NCBI GenBank assembly: GCA_045602655.1
Contig: JAZSBY010000014.1
Coordinates: forward strand, 2,384 to 66,383
Source of the DNA: Candidatus Fimenecus sp.
GTDB taxonomy: Bacteria; Bacillota; Clostridia; Oscillospirales; Acutalibacteraceae
Length of the DNA stretch: 64,000 bases
Direction of reading: 5' to 3'
The translations under genes were made by a program, and so were the position numbers. Numbering within the stretch: the first letter of the stretch is position 1; every line of letters begins with the position of its first letter. Under the pieces are notes generated by a model. The model ran no database searches. It had not been told where the DNA came from and worked only from the letters and a program-made list of their open reading frames with translations. This document shows positions 45,550 through 55,129 of this stretch, in pieces.

Positions 45550-46692
45550 ATGTCCATTTTAAGATGTGAGATGTGTGGAGGCACAGTTGTTTTAGAGGAA
45601 AACGGCACAGTTTCACTTTGCGAATACTGTGGCACCCGTAAAACAATTGTTCAACCTGAAAATACAGTTTCTTCCAAGCCATCCAATGACAATATTCAAC
45701 CCGAAAAAGATAACTCCTCACAGGCGGAAGCCCTTCGCATAGAGAGTGAAAGGCGAAAAGCAGAAGAAGCAAGGGCAAGGGCTCAGCAAGCACGACTTGA
45801 GGCGGAGACACAACGACTTGAACGGGAACGATTTTCTGAAAAGAATAGAGTTGAAAGAAAGAAGCGTTCTAAGGCTCTTCGAAAAAAACTTCTTAAAGGT
45901 TTTCTTGTGCTCTCTGCAATTGTTGCATTGGGTTTTTTCACAATAACGGTAGTCATTCCCACTGTCAGATATAATAGTGCTGAAAAATCACTGGAATCCA
46001 AAAACTATGAAGAGGCATATCTTACCTTTAAATCTCTGTACAAATTCAGGGATAGTCAAACGAGAGCAAATACTATTTTGAGAGAACATCCTTCTGTTGC
46101 ACAGGTCGGTGACATTATCTGTTTTGGAAAATACGAGCAGGATAACAACAAATCAAACGGTATGGAAGAAATTGAATGGAAAGTTCTCCAAAAAGACGAA
46201 AACGGTAAAATGCTTCTTATTAGTAAATACGCTCTTGACTGTCGCAATTACCACTCCTCACCCAAGCAGGTAACTTGGGAGGAAAGTGAAATCCGCGGTT
46301 GGCTGAACACTGACTTCTATGCAACTGCCTTTTCATCCTCTGAAAAATCAAGTATCAAAACAACCACTCTTGAAAACACAGGAAACTCTGATTTTAAGGT
46401 GAATGGTGGAAATAAGACATCTGACAAAGTGTTTCTTCTTTCTATCGATGAGGCTAAAAGCTATTTTCCTAAAAATATTGACAGAATCTGTATCGCTACC
46501 AAATCTGCCGAAATAAAAGGGTCTGAATTAGATGGCATCACCCGTGCTTGTCGTTGGTGGTTGCGTTCTCCCGGCTCAACCCTTTACAGTGCAGCTTCCG
46601 TAAAACTTGACGGATTTATACTTGATTTAGGAACTCCCGTTTCCATTGACAAAGCCTTTATCCGCCCTGCAATATGGATTGAATTAAAGTAA
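45550..46692 (+). CDS. Zinc ribbon, charged coiled coil, TM helix and DUF6273-like extracellular domain
   Basis: CEMCGG...CEYCG, an ERRKAEEARARAQQARLEAETQRLERER segment, and one TM helix. Then GKYEQDN...IEWKVL...WLN...VFLLS..EA...WWLRSPG. The domain name is from memory. Confidence 0.6.
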   Translation: MSILRCEMCGGTVVLEENGTVSLCEYCGTRKTIVQPENTVSSKPSNDNIQPEKDNSSQAEALRIESERRKAEEARARAQQARLEAETQRLERERFSEKNRVERKKRSKALRKKLLKGFLVLSAIVALGFFTITVVIPTVRYNSAEKSLESKNYEEAYLTFKSLYKFRDSQTRANTILREHPSVAQVGDIICFGKYEQDNNKSNGMEEIEWKVLQKDENGKMLLISKYALDCRNYHSSPKQVTWEESEIRGWLNTDFYATAFSSSEKSSIKTTTLENTGNSDFKVNGGNKTSDKVFLLSIDEAKSYFPKNIDRICIATKSAEIKGSELDGITRACRWWLRSPGSTLYSAASVKLDGFILDLGTPVSIDKAFIRPAIWIELK

Positions 46693-46693
46693 T

Positions 46694-46722
46694 AAAAGTG
46701 GAGGTCACCCTCCACTTTTTAT
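46694..46722. terminator. Bidirectional terminator overlapping the spoIIE 3' end
   Basis: Stem aagtggagg / cctccactt followed by ttttt. The spoIIE stop lies in the loop. Confidence 0.7.
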
Positions 46723-49014
46723 TTTCACTACGGCAATTGTAATATCATCACTACGACCTATATTTCTTCCCCTTGCTACGGCACAAAGTTTTTCTGCCAA
46801 ATCTTCTGAATATCCGTTCTTCGCAATATATTCCTTTATTTCCCTAATGCTATGCTCCGTTGCACCGTCGGACATTATTACTACAACGTCCTCATCTTTC
46901 AAAGTTCCTTTAACAGTTGCAAACTCTGCTTGCCTTAGAATTCCTATGGGCATAGCAGATTTTTTTATTTCCCCCACCTTGCCTTTTCTGTACAAAAGAG
47001 AAACCGATGCTCCTGCTTTATACACAACTGACTGTCCCGTGTACAAATTTACCTTTAAGATATCCAGAGTTGCCAATGACTCCTCGTGACTCTTAACAAG
47101 CATAGCAGAATTGACCAGACGCAATGCACAAGGAAAAGAAAATCCCGAGATAATAAGTCGTGAAAACAAGGATGCTGCCATCATCCCGTCCACTGCTGCA
47201 CGGTTTCCGCTACCCATTCCGTCGCTTAACACGGCCACAAAATTGCCTTTTCCGTCATAAAAGGATTCGAAACAGTCTCCACAAATTTCATTCTCCTTAC
47301 TTGATACCTGAAAATAATTGCACTCAACGGAAAACTCCGGTTTTTGCCAGAAAAACAACATTTTTTCTTCTTTGTCAGTTATTGTTACGGGCATTGAGAA
47401 TTCTTTTTCCGTTACTTTTTCAATGGAATCACGAAGCTCATTCTCGCTTATTCTGCAATCCTTATTCACAACAAGATTTACAAACAAATTACTTTTTACA
47501 TCCTCACAGCAAGTGACAGTTGATTCAACACCCATATCTTCAAGGCAATTCTTTATCTCTAACGATGTTTCGCCAACAGGCTCAGCATTTTCACCCAATC
47601 CCTCAAGCATATCGTCAAGCATCTGACTCATTGTGTCAAACTGGTCAACAGTAATTTTACGCATTTCGTTTATTCTCCCCTCTGCACCAAGTCGTGCCGA
47701 ATATGATGAGTAATTCTTATTAAAACTATCACACAAGGACATTATTCTTATACACTTACTTTGTAGGGACATTGGTGTTCCTGATGGCGTAACATTTCCA
47801 TTTTTCCTTAACGCTTCAATAACGCAATCAAATTCTCCCAAGGTAGAAGCTATGTAGTTTTTCCAGCACTTGTCATAACTTCCACAATCACTGCAGACAT
47901 TGTCCCTGACACGCAGATACACCGATACTGTATCAGGAAGCGATTTTTCCTTCAGTATTTCCGTCACCTTGGAAACTGTTTCCGACATATTTCCGACTGC
48001 ATAACGAATGGATTTTACTCTTGAAATTGCTATATTAAAAAGTTCTCTGTCCATATAGTTTTTGGTAGTGATTGCGAATTTTGATTTTATCCTTGTAAGC
48101 AGAGTCTGTGGTGTTATTACAAAGAAAAGAGAGGCTATTGCTGTTTCTATCAATGGTTCTATATTCTCTATGCTACCACCAAAGAAAACAAACATAGCAC
48201 CATAAGAAAAAATATAGGCACAGGCACAAAGCACTCTGCCTGAATATGAAAAAATACCCGAAAATAAGCCTGCTCCTGCATAGCAGAAAACCGTTGGCAA
48301 ACTATTGCCCGTCATAGTGTATCCTAATGACGCTCCTGTGCCTATTACCGCTCCTCCTGACTCCTTGAAAATGTATGCCGCCACCATAGTTACATAAGAG
48401 CAGGCAACTCCTGATGGTGTGATACCAAGCAAGGATAATCCCGAGGTTGTTAAAATCAATATCAGCCCTGCCACAGCAAGGCTTGTAATTTCCTTGACAG
48501 ATATATTTTCATTCTTATTTAGTTTCTTTACGGTATGAACACCTACTGAAAAAAAGTAAGCACCACCAAAGGCAGTAACAGATTCTGCAACTCTTAATGC
48601 CACCTGCGAAAGAGAAATTGAACCTGCAACCATTACCACTATTCCCGTTGAAAGAGTTGAAAAAAGTGAAATCAAGGACTTTGCCATTATGCTTTGTCTG
48701 AAAGAGGGAAATGCATTGATATACACTTTTAAAATATATACCAGAATCAATGCCATTACATAACGAAAAGCAGAAATATAATCGCAGGACAGAATATATC
48801 CCGTCATAGCACCAAAACAGGAAAAAAGGGTGTTTTCTCTTTGTATACCACTACAAAAAGCAATTCCTAAAGGTGAAAAGTATTCAAGTGCGGATGCAGA
48901 TGCACAAAGCCCTGCAAAAACAAAACATACTGCTTGTCGCAACACAGATTTTCCCAATTCCGAAAGTTGTATCCTGCCACTTTCTATAGACATACCAAAT
49001 TCCTGATTTTCCAT
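46705..49014 (-). CDS. spoIIE: Stage II sporulation protein E (PP2C phosphatase with polytopic N-terminus)
   Basis: About 10 TM helices followed by a PP2C domain (CGDCFE...LSDGMGSG...IMSDGA). Confidence 0.9.
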   Translation of the reverse strand: MENQEFGMSIESGRIQLSELGKSVLRQAVCFVFAGLCASASALEYFSPLGIAFCSGIQRENTLFSCFGAMTGYILSCDYISAFRYVMALILVYILKVYINAFPSFRQSIMAKSLISLFSTLSTGIVVMVAGSISLSQVALRVAESVTAFGGAYFFSVGVHTVKKLNKNENISVKEITSLAVAGLILILTTSGLSLLGITPSGVACSYVTMVAAYIFKESGGAVIGTGASLGYTMTGNSLPTVFCYAGAGLFSGIFSYSGRVLCACAYIFSYGAMFVFFGGSIENIEPLIETAIASLFFVITPQTLLTRIKSKFAITTKNYMDRELFNIAISRVKSIRYAVGNMSETVSKVTEILKEKSLPDTVSVYLRVRDNVCSDCGSYDKCWKNYIASTLGEFDCVIEALRKNGNVTPSGTPMSLQSKCIRIMSLCDSFNKNYSSYSARLGAEGRINEMRKITVDQFDTMSQMLDDMLEGLGENAEPVGETSLEIKNCLEDMGVESTVTCCEDVKSNLFVNLVVNKDCRISENELRDSIEKVTEKEFSMPVTITDKEEKMLFFWQKPEFSVECNYFQVSSKENEICGDCFESFYDGKGNFVAVLSDGMGSGNRAAVDGMMAASLFSRLIISGFSFPCALRLVNSAMLVKSHEESLATLDILKVNLYTGQSVVYKAGASVSLLYRKGKVGEIKKSAMPIGILRQAEFATVKGTLKDEDVVVIMSDGATEHSIREIKEYIAKNGYSEDLAEKLCAVARGRNIGRSDDITIAVVKIKSGG

Positions 49015-49216
49015 TTTTTCACCTGCTTTCCTTGTATTGAATATTATAGGCTTGTCCCTTTATTTTTTTTGACGAAATGGGCAGGTTGTAAACAAGAAGT
49101 TTATGGTGAAAGTAAAGGATATTTGTCATTATGTGATATATGAGAAAAAACTGTAAAAAAATTCTTTTAAAATTGACTTTGATGTGGTAGAATAGTTGAG
49201 GAAATGAGGCGAAAAT

Positions 49217-49948
49217 ATGGCAAAGATTTTTACAGTTACATCGGGGAAAGGCGGAGTCGGGAAATCCACTTTTTGCGTAAATATTGCTCTGGCATTAAGT
49301 GAATACGGTAAAAAAGTATTATTGATTGACGGTGATATTGCTCTCCGCAGTCTTGATTTACTGCTCTCCCTTGAAGAAAATCTTGTTTATGATTGGTCGG
49401 ACATTCTTTGCAACCGTTGCAATAAAGACTCTGCTGTTCTTCGCTATAACGATAAAATTCATCTTTTACCTGCACCCTTGGAAACTCCTGATGACTTAGA
49501 TGAAAAGAGTTTTAAAGCCTTAGTAAACAATTTTTCTGATGACTACGACTTTATTTTCATTGACTCTCCTGCAGGAATAGGTGATTTGCAGTTAATCTAT
49601 GCAAAGGCTTCCCACCAATGTATTCTTATTGCAACACCGGACAAGGTAAGTGCAAGAAGTGCTTATATTGCAGGAAATCACCTTGTTAAATCAGGTATTA
49701 AAGATGAAAATCTTCGTCTTATCATTAACAGATTTGACGACAAGGCTATTAAAAGAGGAAGATTTTTAAACATTGACGAAATCATTGATATTACATATAT
49801 CAGGCTTCTTGGAATTATTACTGAAGAACCACAATTGATGTATTCCTCCGTATCCGGGAAAAAGCTTTCAGTCAGAAGCGAAGCAAAGTCTGCATTCAAG
49901 AATGTTGCCGGACGAATTTTAGGTAAAGAAATACCACTTAATTTGTAA
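49217..49948 (+). CDS. MinD/ParA-family P-loop ATPase
   Basis: Deviant Walker A motif SGKGGVGKST. No minC or minE adjacent. Confidence 0.8.
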   Translation: MAKIFTVTSGKGGVGKSTFCVNIALALSEYGKKVLLIDGDIALRSLDLLLSLEENLVYDWSDILCNRCNKDSAVLRYNDKIHLLPAPLETPDDLDEKSFKALVNNFSDDYDFIFIDSPAGIGDLQLIYAKASHQCILIATPDKVSARSAYIAGNHLVKSGIKDENLRLIINRFDDKAIKRGRFLNIDEIIDITYIRLLGIITEEPQLMYSSVSGKKLSVRSEAKSAFKNVAGRILGKEIPLNL

Positions 49949-50058
49949 AAATGTGTTGAAAAACTTATAGTTTTTTGTTATTATATCTGTATATCGGCTT
50001 ATATTTATTGGCTAAACAGAAAAATCGGGATAAAAAATATTGAAAGAAGGGGTTAAGT

Positions 50059-50460
50059 ATGAATATAGCACTTATGGCACACGACTCAAAGAAAGAACTT
50101 ATGACACAGTTTTGTATTGCTTATTGCGGAATTCTTTCTCGTCACAATCTTTGTGCAACCGGCACAACCGGTAAAATGGTTTCAGAAGCTACGGGACTCA
50201 AAATTCAGAAGTTTTTAAGTGGTTCTCAAGGCGGTGACCAGCAAATCAGTTCAAGAATTGCTTGTAACGAAATCGACTTACTCCTTATGTTCCGTGACCC
50301 GCTTAATCCAAAACCACATGAGCCAAAGGACAACACATTACTCCGACTTTGCGATGTGCACAATGTTCCTGTTGCTACAAACATTGCAACTGCCGAAGCT
50401 CTTATTCACGCACTTGAGCGTGGTGACCTTGACTGGAGAGACATTGTTAATCCAAAATAA
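50059..50460 (+). CDS. mgsA: Methylglyoxal synthase
   Basis: [10 protein letters not shown] ... ATGTTG ... GGDQQI motifs. 133 aa. Confidence 0.9.
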   Translation: MNIALMAHDSKKELMTQFCIAYCGILSRHNLCATGTTGKMVSEATGLKIQKFLSGSQGGDQQISSRIACNEIDLLLMFRDPLNPKPHEPKDNTLLRLCDVHNVPVATNIATAEALIHALERGDLDWRDIVNPK

Positions 50461-50520
50461 CCAAAGAATAATGCCTCCTCTTATTATGAGGGGGCAAAAC
50501 ATATATTAAGGAAGATTTTT

Positions 50521-51864
50521 ATGGCTTTAATCACAAATGCTATTAAGGGTACTCAAGATACACTCCCTAAAGAAAGTTACAAAATTCAATATGTGGAGTC
50601 AGCAGTACGAGAAACTGCAGAAAACTTTGGTTTTCACGAGATGAGAACCCCGGTTTTTGAGCATACTGAACTTTTCCAGCGTGGTGTTGGTGAAACAACT
50701 GACGTTGTTCAAAAGGAAATGTACACTTTCGAGGATAAAGGTGGTCGTTCAATCACTCTTCGTCCCGAAGGTACTGCAGGTGCAGTAAGAGCATTCCTTG
50801 AACACGGACTTTTCAATGAAGGATTGCCACAAAAGATATATTATCTCACATCTTGTTACAGATACGAAAAGCCTCAGGCCGGTCGTCTTCGTGAATTCCA
50901 TCAGTTTGGTGTGGAATGTTTTGGTGCAGGTGCTCCAAGTGCTGATGCAGAGGTTATTTCCCTTGCAAATGAAGTATTTAACTATCTTGGAATCAACAAC
51001 TTGGCTCTTGAAATTAACTCAATCGGTTGTCCCGAATGCAGAAAGCATTATCACAAAGCTCTCAAGGAGTATTTTGAGCAGTACAAAAATGACCTTTGTG
51101 AAACCTGTTTAGGTCGTCTTGACAGAAACCCAATGAGAATTCTCGACTGTAAGAGTCCTGTTTGTAGCGGTATTGCAGAAAAAGCACCAACAGTTATTGA
51201 ATTTCTTTGCGACGATTGTAAAAACCACTTTGAAAGTGTTAAGAAATACCTTGAAGCTATGAATATCCCATACACAGTTAACCCGCAAATTGTTCGCGGT
51301 CTTGACTATTACACAAGAACTGTTTTTGAGTTCGTTTCAAAGGAAATCGGTGCTCAAGGTACAGTTTGTGGCGGCGGTCGTTATGACGGACTTATCGCGG
51401 AAATGGGTGGACAGCCACTCCCCGCTTGCGGTTTCGGTTTAGGTCTTGAAAGACTTCTGCTTTTAATGGAAGCACAGAAAACTCCATTCCCGGAGCCAAA
51501 GAAATGTGACCTTTACATTGTAAGTATGGGTGAAAACGCAAATGTTAAGGCTGCCGAAATCGCAACAAACCTTCGCAGTGAGGGAATGTGTGTGCAGTTT
51601 GATACTGTTGGCAGAGGTTTAAAGCCTCAAATGAAATATGCTAACAAAATCGGTGCTTTATACACACTTGTTTTAGGTGACAGCGAACTTGAAACAGGAA
51701 ATATTAAACTTAAAAATATGGAAACAGGCAACGAAACAGAAATGACTCTTAATGAGTTTGTTGACAATTTCCAATCAGTTGTTATAAAAGATGCTATGTC
51801 GGGATTTGAATCCCTTGGTATCGAGGGAATTGACCTTGCTGACATTTTAGGAGGCACAAACTAA
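50521..51864 (+). CDS. hisS: Histidine--tRNA ligase
   Basis: Class II motifs (LRPEGTA, YRYEKPQAGRLREFHQ, GGGRYD). Confidence 0.92.
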   Translation: MALITNAIKGTQDTLPKESYKIQYVESAVRETAENFGFHEMRTPVFEHTELFQRGVGETTDVVQKEMYTFEDKGGRSITLRPEGTAGAVRAFLEHGLFNEGLPQKIYYLTSCYRYEKPQAGRLREFHQFGVECFGAGAPSADAEVISLANEVFNYLGINNLALEINSIGCPECRKHYHKALKEYFEQYKNDLCETCLGRLDRNPMRILDCKSPVCSGIAEKAPTVIEFLCDDCKNHFESVKKYLEAMNIPYTVNPQIVRGLDYYTRTVFEFVSKEIGAQGTVCGGGRYDGLIAEMGGQPLPACGFGLGLERLLLLMEAQKTPFPEPKKCDLYIVSMGENANVKAAEIATNLRSEGMCVQFDTVGRGLKPQMKYANKIGALYTLVLGDSELETGNIKLKNMETGNETEMTLNEFVDNFQSVVIKDAMSGFESLGIEGIDLADILGGTN

Positions 51865-53647
51865 TGGATACAATGAATGGATTAAAAAGAACTGACTACT
51901 GTGGTACTCTTAATACTGATTTTGTAGGTAAAGAGGTAACTGTTGCAGGCTGGGTACAGCGTCGTCGCGACCTTGGTGCACTTATCTTCATTGACCTTCG
52001 TGACAGAACAGGCGTTGTGCAGTTGGCTTTTGACGATAACACAGAAAGAGAGATTTTTGACAAGGCATTGACTGTAAGAAGTGAATATGTTCTTATGGCA
52101 AAAGGTGTTGTCCGTGAGCGTTCTTCAAAAAACAAGGACATTCCAACCGGTGACATTGAAATTGAGGTTAAAGATTTAAGAATTGTTGGTGTAAGTGAAA
52201 CACCTCCTTTTGAAATTGTTGAAAACTGCCAGACATCAGAAGTGACTCGTCTTAAATACCGTTATCTTGACCTTCGTCGTCCTGACTTACAGAAGAATAT
52301 TCTTCTCCGTCACAAAATTACAAAGATACTCGCGACTATTTTGATGAAAACGGATTTGTTGAAATTGAAACTCCAATGCTCATCCGTTCAACTCCGGAAG
52401 GTGCTCGTGACTTCCTTGTGCCATCAAGAATTCACAATGGTAGTTTCTATGCTCTCCCACAGTCACCTCAGCTTTACAAACAGCTTTCAATGGTAGCAGG
52501 TTTTGACCGATATATGCAGATTGCTCGTTGTTTCCGTGACGAGGACTTGCGTGCAGACCGTCAGCCTGAATTCACACAGATTGACCTTGAAATGTCATTT
52601 GTTGATGTTGACGATGTTATGGGTATGGGTGAAGGCTACATTCAAAGAGTTTTTAAAGAGGCTATGGATGTTGACATTCAGTTGCCACTTCCAAGACTCA
52701 CTTACAAAGAGGCTATGGAGCGTTACGGTTCTGACAAGCCTGATACCCGTTACAAAATGGAACTTTGTGATTTAGGTGATGTTGTTAAGGGCTGTGGCTT
52801 TGGAGTGTTTACATCTGCACTTGAAAACGGTGGTGCGGTTTACTGTATTACAGCTAAAAATGCGGTTAACACACTTACAAGAAAAGAAATTGACAAACTT
52901 ACAGAGTTCGTTCGTGGTATAGGGGCTAAAGGACTTGCTTTTGCCCGTCTTATGCCTGATGGACTTGCATCTTCGTTTGCAAAATTCCTTACAGAGGACG
53001 AAATGATTGCACTTCTTAACAAAGCAGGTGCAGAAACCGGTGACGTTGTACTTATCGTTGCAGACACAAAGAAAAACAGTGTACTTTCAGTTCTTGGTGC
53101 TCTCCGTCAGGAGGTTGCAAAGAAACTTGATATTATTCCAACAGACAAATATAATCTTCTTTGGATTACAGAGTTCCCATTCTTTGAGTGGGATGAGGAT
53201 GCCGGTACTTTTGTTGCTATGCATCACCCATTCACATCTCCTATGGATGAATGTTTAGAATATCTTGAAACAGACAAGGCACAGGTTCGTGCAAAGGCTT
53301 ATGACCTTGTTCTTAATGGTGTTGAATTATCAAGTGGTTCAATCCGTATTACAGACCCTGTTCTTCAAAAGAGAATGTTCACACTTTTGGGTCTTTCTGA
53401 CGAAGAAGCTTATGAGAAATTTGGTTTCTTAACAGATGCATTCCGTTTCGGACCTCCTCCACATGGTGGTATGGGTATCGGTCTTGACAGACTTGTTATG
53501 CAGATGATTGGTGCTGACTCACTCCGTGATGTTATTGCATTCCCGAAACTTCAGAATGCAAGCGAACCAATGACAGAATGTCCGTCTCCTGTTGATACAC
53601 TTCAACTTGACGAACTTGGAATTGCCGTTAAAGAAACAGAGGAATAA
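51864..53647 (+). pseudogene. aspS: Aspartate--tRNA ligase interrupted by an apparent 1-nt deletion near 52323-52325
   Basis: ORF 51864-52496 carries the OB-fold N-terminus up to LRHKITK. The frame opening at 52286 continues with DTRDYFDENGFVEIETPMLIRSTPEGARDFLVPSR and the rest of AspS. Adding one base restores an uninterrupted AspS. Confidence 0.85.
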
Positions 53648-53651
53648 TCCT

Positions 53652-53900
53652 ATGAAAAAAGGCATAAAAAAATTGAATACCGTACTGTTATCAGTGCTTT
53701 TATGCCTTACTTTTGTTGTAACGGCATTTGCTGAAAAAACAGTTAAGTATTCAAATGATTTAACAGTTACTCCTATTCGTATTTTCTTTGCAATACTCGT
53801 AATCATACTTTTCATTGTTAGCGAAATCGCATTTGAAAAAATCCGTGAAAAACGAGTTGCAAAGAGAAATGAAAAATATGGGAAAACAAAAGAAGAATAA
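53652..53900 (+). CDS. Small (82 aa) signal-peptide/TM protein with a basic tail
   Basis: MKKGIKKLNTVLLSVLLCLTFVVTAFA followed by a second TM helix. Begins 4 nt after aspS. Confidence 0.45.
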   Translation: MKKGIKKLNTVLLSVLLCLTFVVTAFAEKTVKYSNDLTVTPIRIFFAILVIILFIVSEIAFEKIREKRVAKRNEKYGKTKEE

Positions 53901-53902
53901 TA

Positions 53903-53938
53903 AAAAAATAAGACGGGAAATTCCCGTCTTTATTTTTA
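53903..53938. terminator. Bidirectional terminator
   Basis: Stem aagacggga / tcccgtctt (53910-53918 / 53922-53930), flanked by an a-run and a t-run. Confidence 0.75.
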
Positions 53939-54193
53939 TTCCCTACCTAATAACCAATTAACAGAAACTCCTAACGCATCTGCCAAAGCAGTTAATTCAT
54001 AATCAAATACAGGTCGCTTTTGACCCTCCAAAAGTGAAAGTGCAGGTGTGCTGATTTCAATCCCTGCTAATTGGAGTTTTGCGAGCAGTTCATTTTGTTT
54101 CATATCTTGTTTTCTTCGTGCTTCAGTTACCCTTGCACCTATTATGTTTCTGTTACCAAGCTCAAGTTTTCTTGTTTTCAAACTGCCCACCAC
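53936..54193 (-). CDS. XRE-family HTH regulator
   Basis: HTH MKQNELLAKLQLAGIEISTPALSLLEGQKR. Start is either GTG at 54193 or, better placed after RBS aaggtgg, TTG at 54181. Confidence 0.8.
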   Translation of the reverse strand: MVGSLKTRKLELGNRNIIGARVTEARRKQDMKQNELLAKLQLAGIEISTPALSLLEGQKRPVFDYELTALADALGVSVNWLLGRE

Positions 54194-54229
54194 CTTTATA
54201 TCACAAATTATATGCTATAAAAGTCTTTA

Positions 54230-54282
54230 CAAATTTCGTATTACCAAATATAATATATTTAATTTTAGTAATACGAAATTTG
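54230..54282. promoter_or_regulatory. Perfect 15-nt inverted repeat bracketing a promoter (putative XRE operator)
   Basis: caaatttcgtattac (54230-54244) and gtaatacgaaatttg (54268-54282). TATAAT at 54249-54254 and TTACAA at 54227-54232. Confidence 0.6.
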
Positions 54283-54293
54283 GTGTGGTTATT

Positions 54294-54536
54294 ATGTCTA
54301 AAGGTAATAAAGGATATTCATTGTTACAGCAAGCTTGTATCGAATGTTGTGAAAATGAATTTAAAGAATATGAACAAATTGAAAAACAAAATCTTTCAAA
54401 AAGATATAAAAGAAGGATGAACAGAATCGGGAGAGAGAAAATCGGACTTAAAAACGCTCTTCATCCTGAAGTTGATAATATATTTGAACGGGCACGAAGT
54501 AATATGGTATATTGGTGTAAAACACGCAAAAAATAA
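54294..54536 (+). CDS. Small (80 aa) basic Cys-containing protein, unknown function
   Basis: ATG at 54294 lies downstream of the operator/promoter and a terminator follows the gene. The longer ORF from 54048 is antisense to the XRE gene. Confidence 0.5.
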   Translation: MSKGNKGYSLLQQACIECCENEFKEYEQIEKQNLSKRYKRRMNRIGREKIGLKNALHPEVDNIFERARSNMVYWCKTRKK

Positions 54537-54562
54537 ACCTCGGTATTGAACCGAGGTTTTAA
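54533..54562. terminator. Bidirectional terminator
   Basis: Stem aaacctcggt / accgaggttt with loop attga. T-runs on both strands. Confidence 0.7.
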
Positions 54563-54574
54563 TTATGTCTGTTT

Positions 54575-55129
54575 TTATTTTATGGCATTGTAAATTGCAG
54601 GTATGAACAAGCCTAAAATGTGTGGCATAAGGAATGCGTATGCAACTGATGTAATGAGTGTCAATCCAAACTTTTCAAGTCTTGCACCAAGCCAGAAGAT
54701 TCCATATAAGGGTGCTACAAAAATCTTGCCGGCTTTCTTTTCATTATCAACGAAATAGTTTTCCTTGAGCATCATAACATCTTCAATTTGCGGAAAAAGG
54801 TTTGTTAAGATTGCAATTCCTAAATACAGACAAGCCCATCCGAAAATATCTGCCAATCTTCCGAAGTAGATAATCGATGTTGAACCATACATAAGAATCA
54901 TACTACCTAAAACAAGGCTAAAGAAAAACGGAATAAAGCAGATGTCAAAGCTCGGACCTTTTCTCTTTACAAGGTCGTGGTCAACATGCGACATCATTTC
55001 GTCAAAACGGACTACTCTTTCGTCATCAATCATAATCTTTGATGTACGACAGCATAAATGCTCAAAAAATGCGTGGAGCATAGCTCCGGGAAGTGTTAAA
55101 GTCTTGATTATTACATAAATTATTCTCAT
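54575..55129 (-). CDS. Four-TM membrane protein, unknown function
   Basis: Hydrophobicity pattern. ATGA overlap with the upstream gene. Confidence 0.55.
   Translation of the reverse strand: MRIIYVIIKTLTLPGAMLHAFFEHLCCRTSKIMIDDERVVRFDEMMSHVDHDLVKRKGPSFDICFIPFFFSLVLGSMILMYGSTSIIYFGRLADIFGWACLYLGIAILTNLFPQIEDVMMLKENYFVDNEKKAGKIFVAPLYGIFWLGARLEKFGLTLITSVAYAFLMPHILGLFIPAIYNAIK

Noticed and set aside
50461-50520. Possible T-box or attenuator upstream of hisS-aspS
   Set aside because: The spacer is only 60 nt. It contains one hairpin (gcctcctc/gagggggc) with no T-box sequence and no following T-run, so no tRNA-sensing leader is present.
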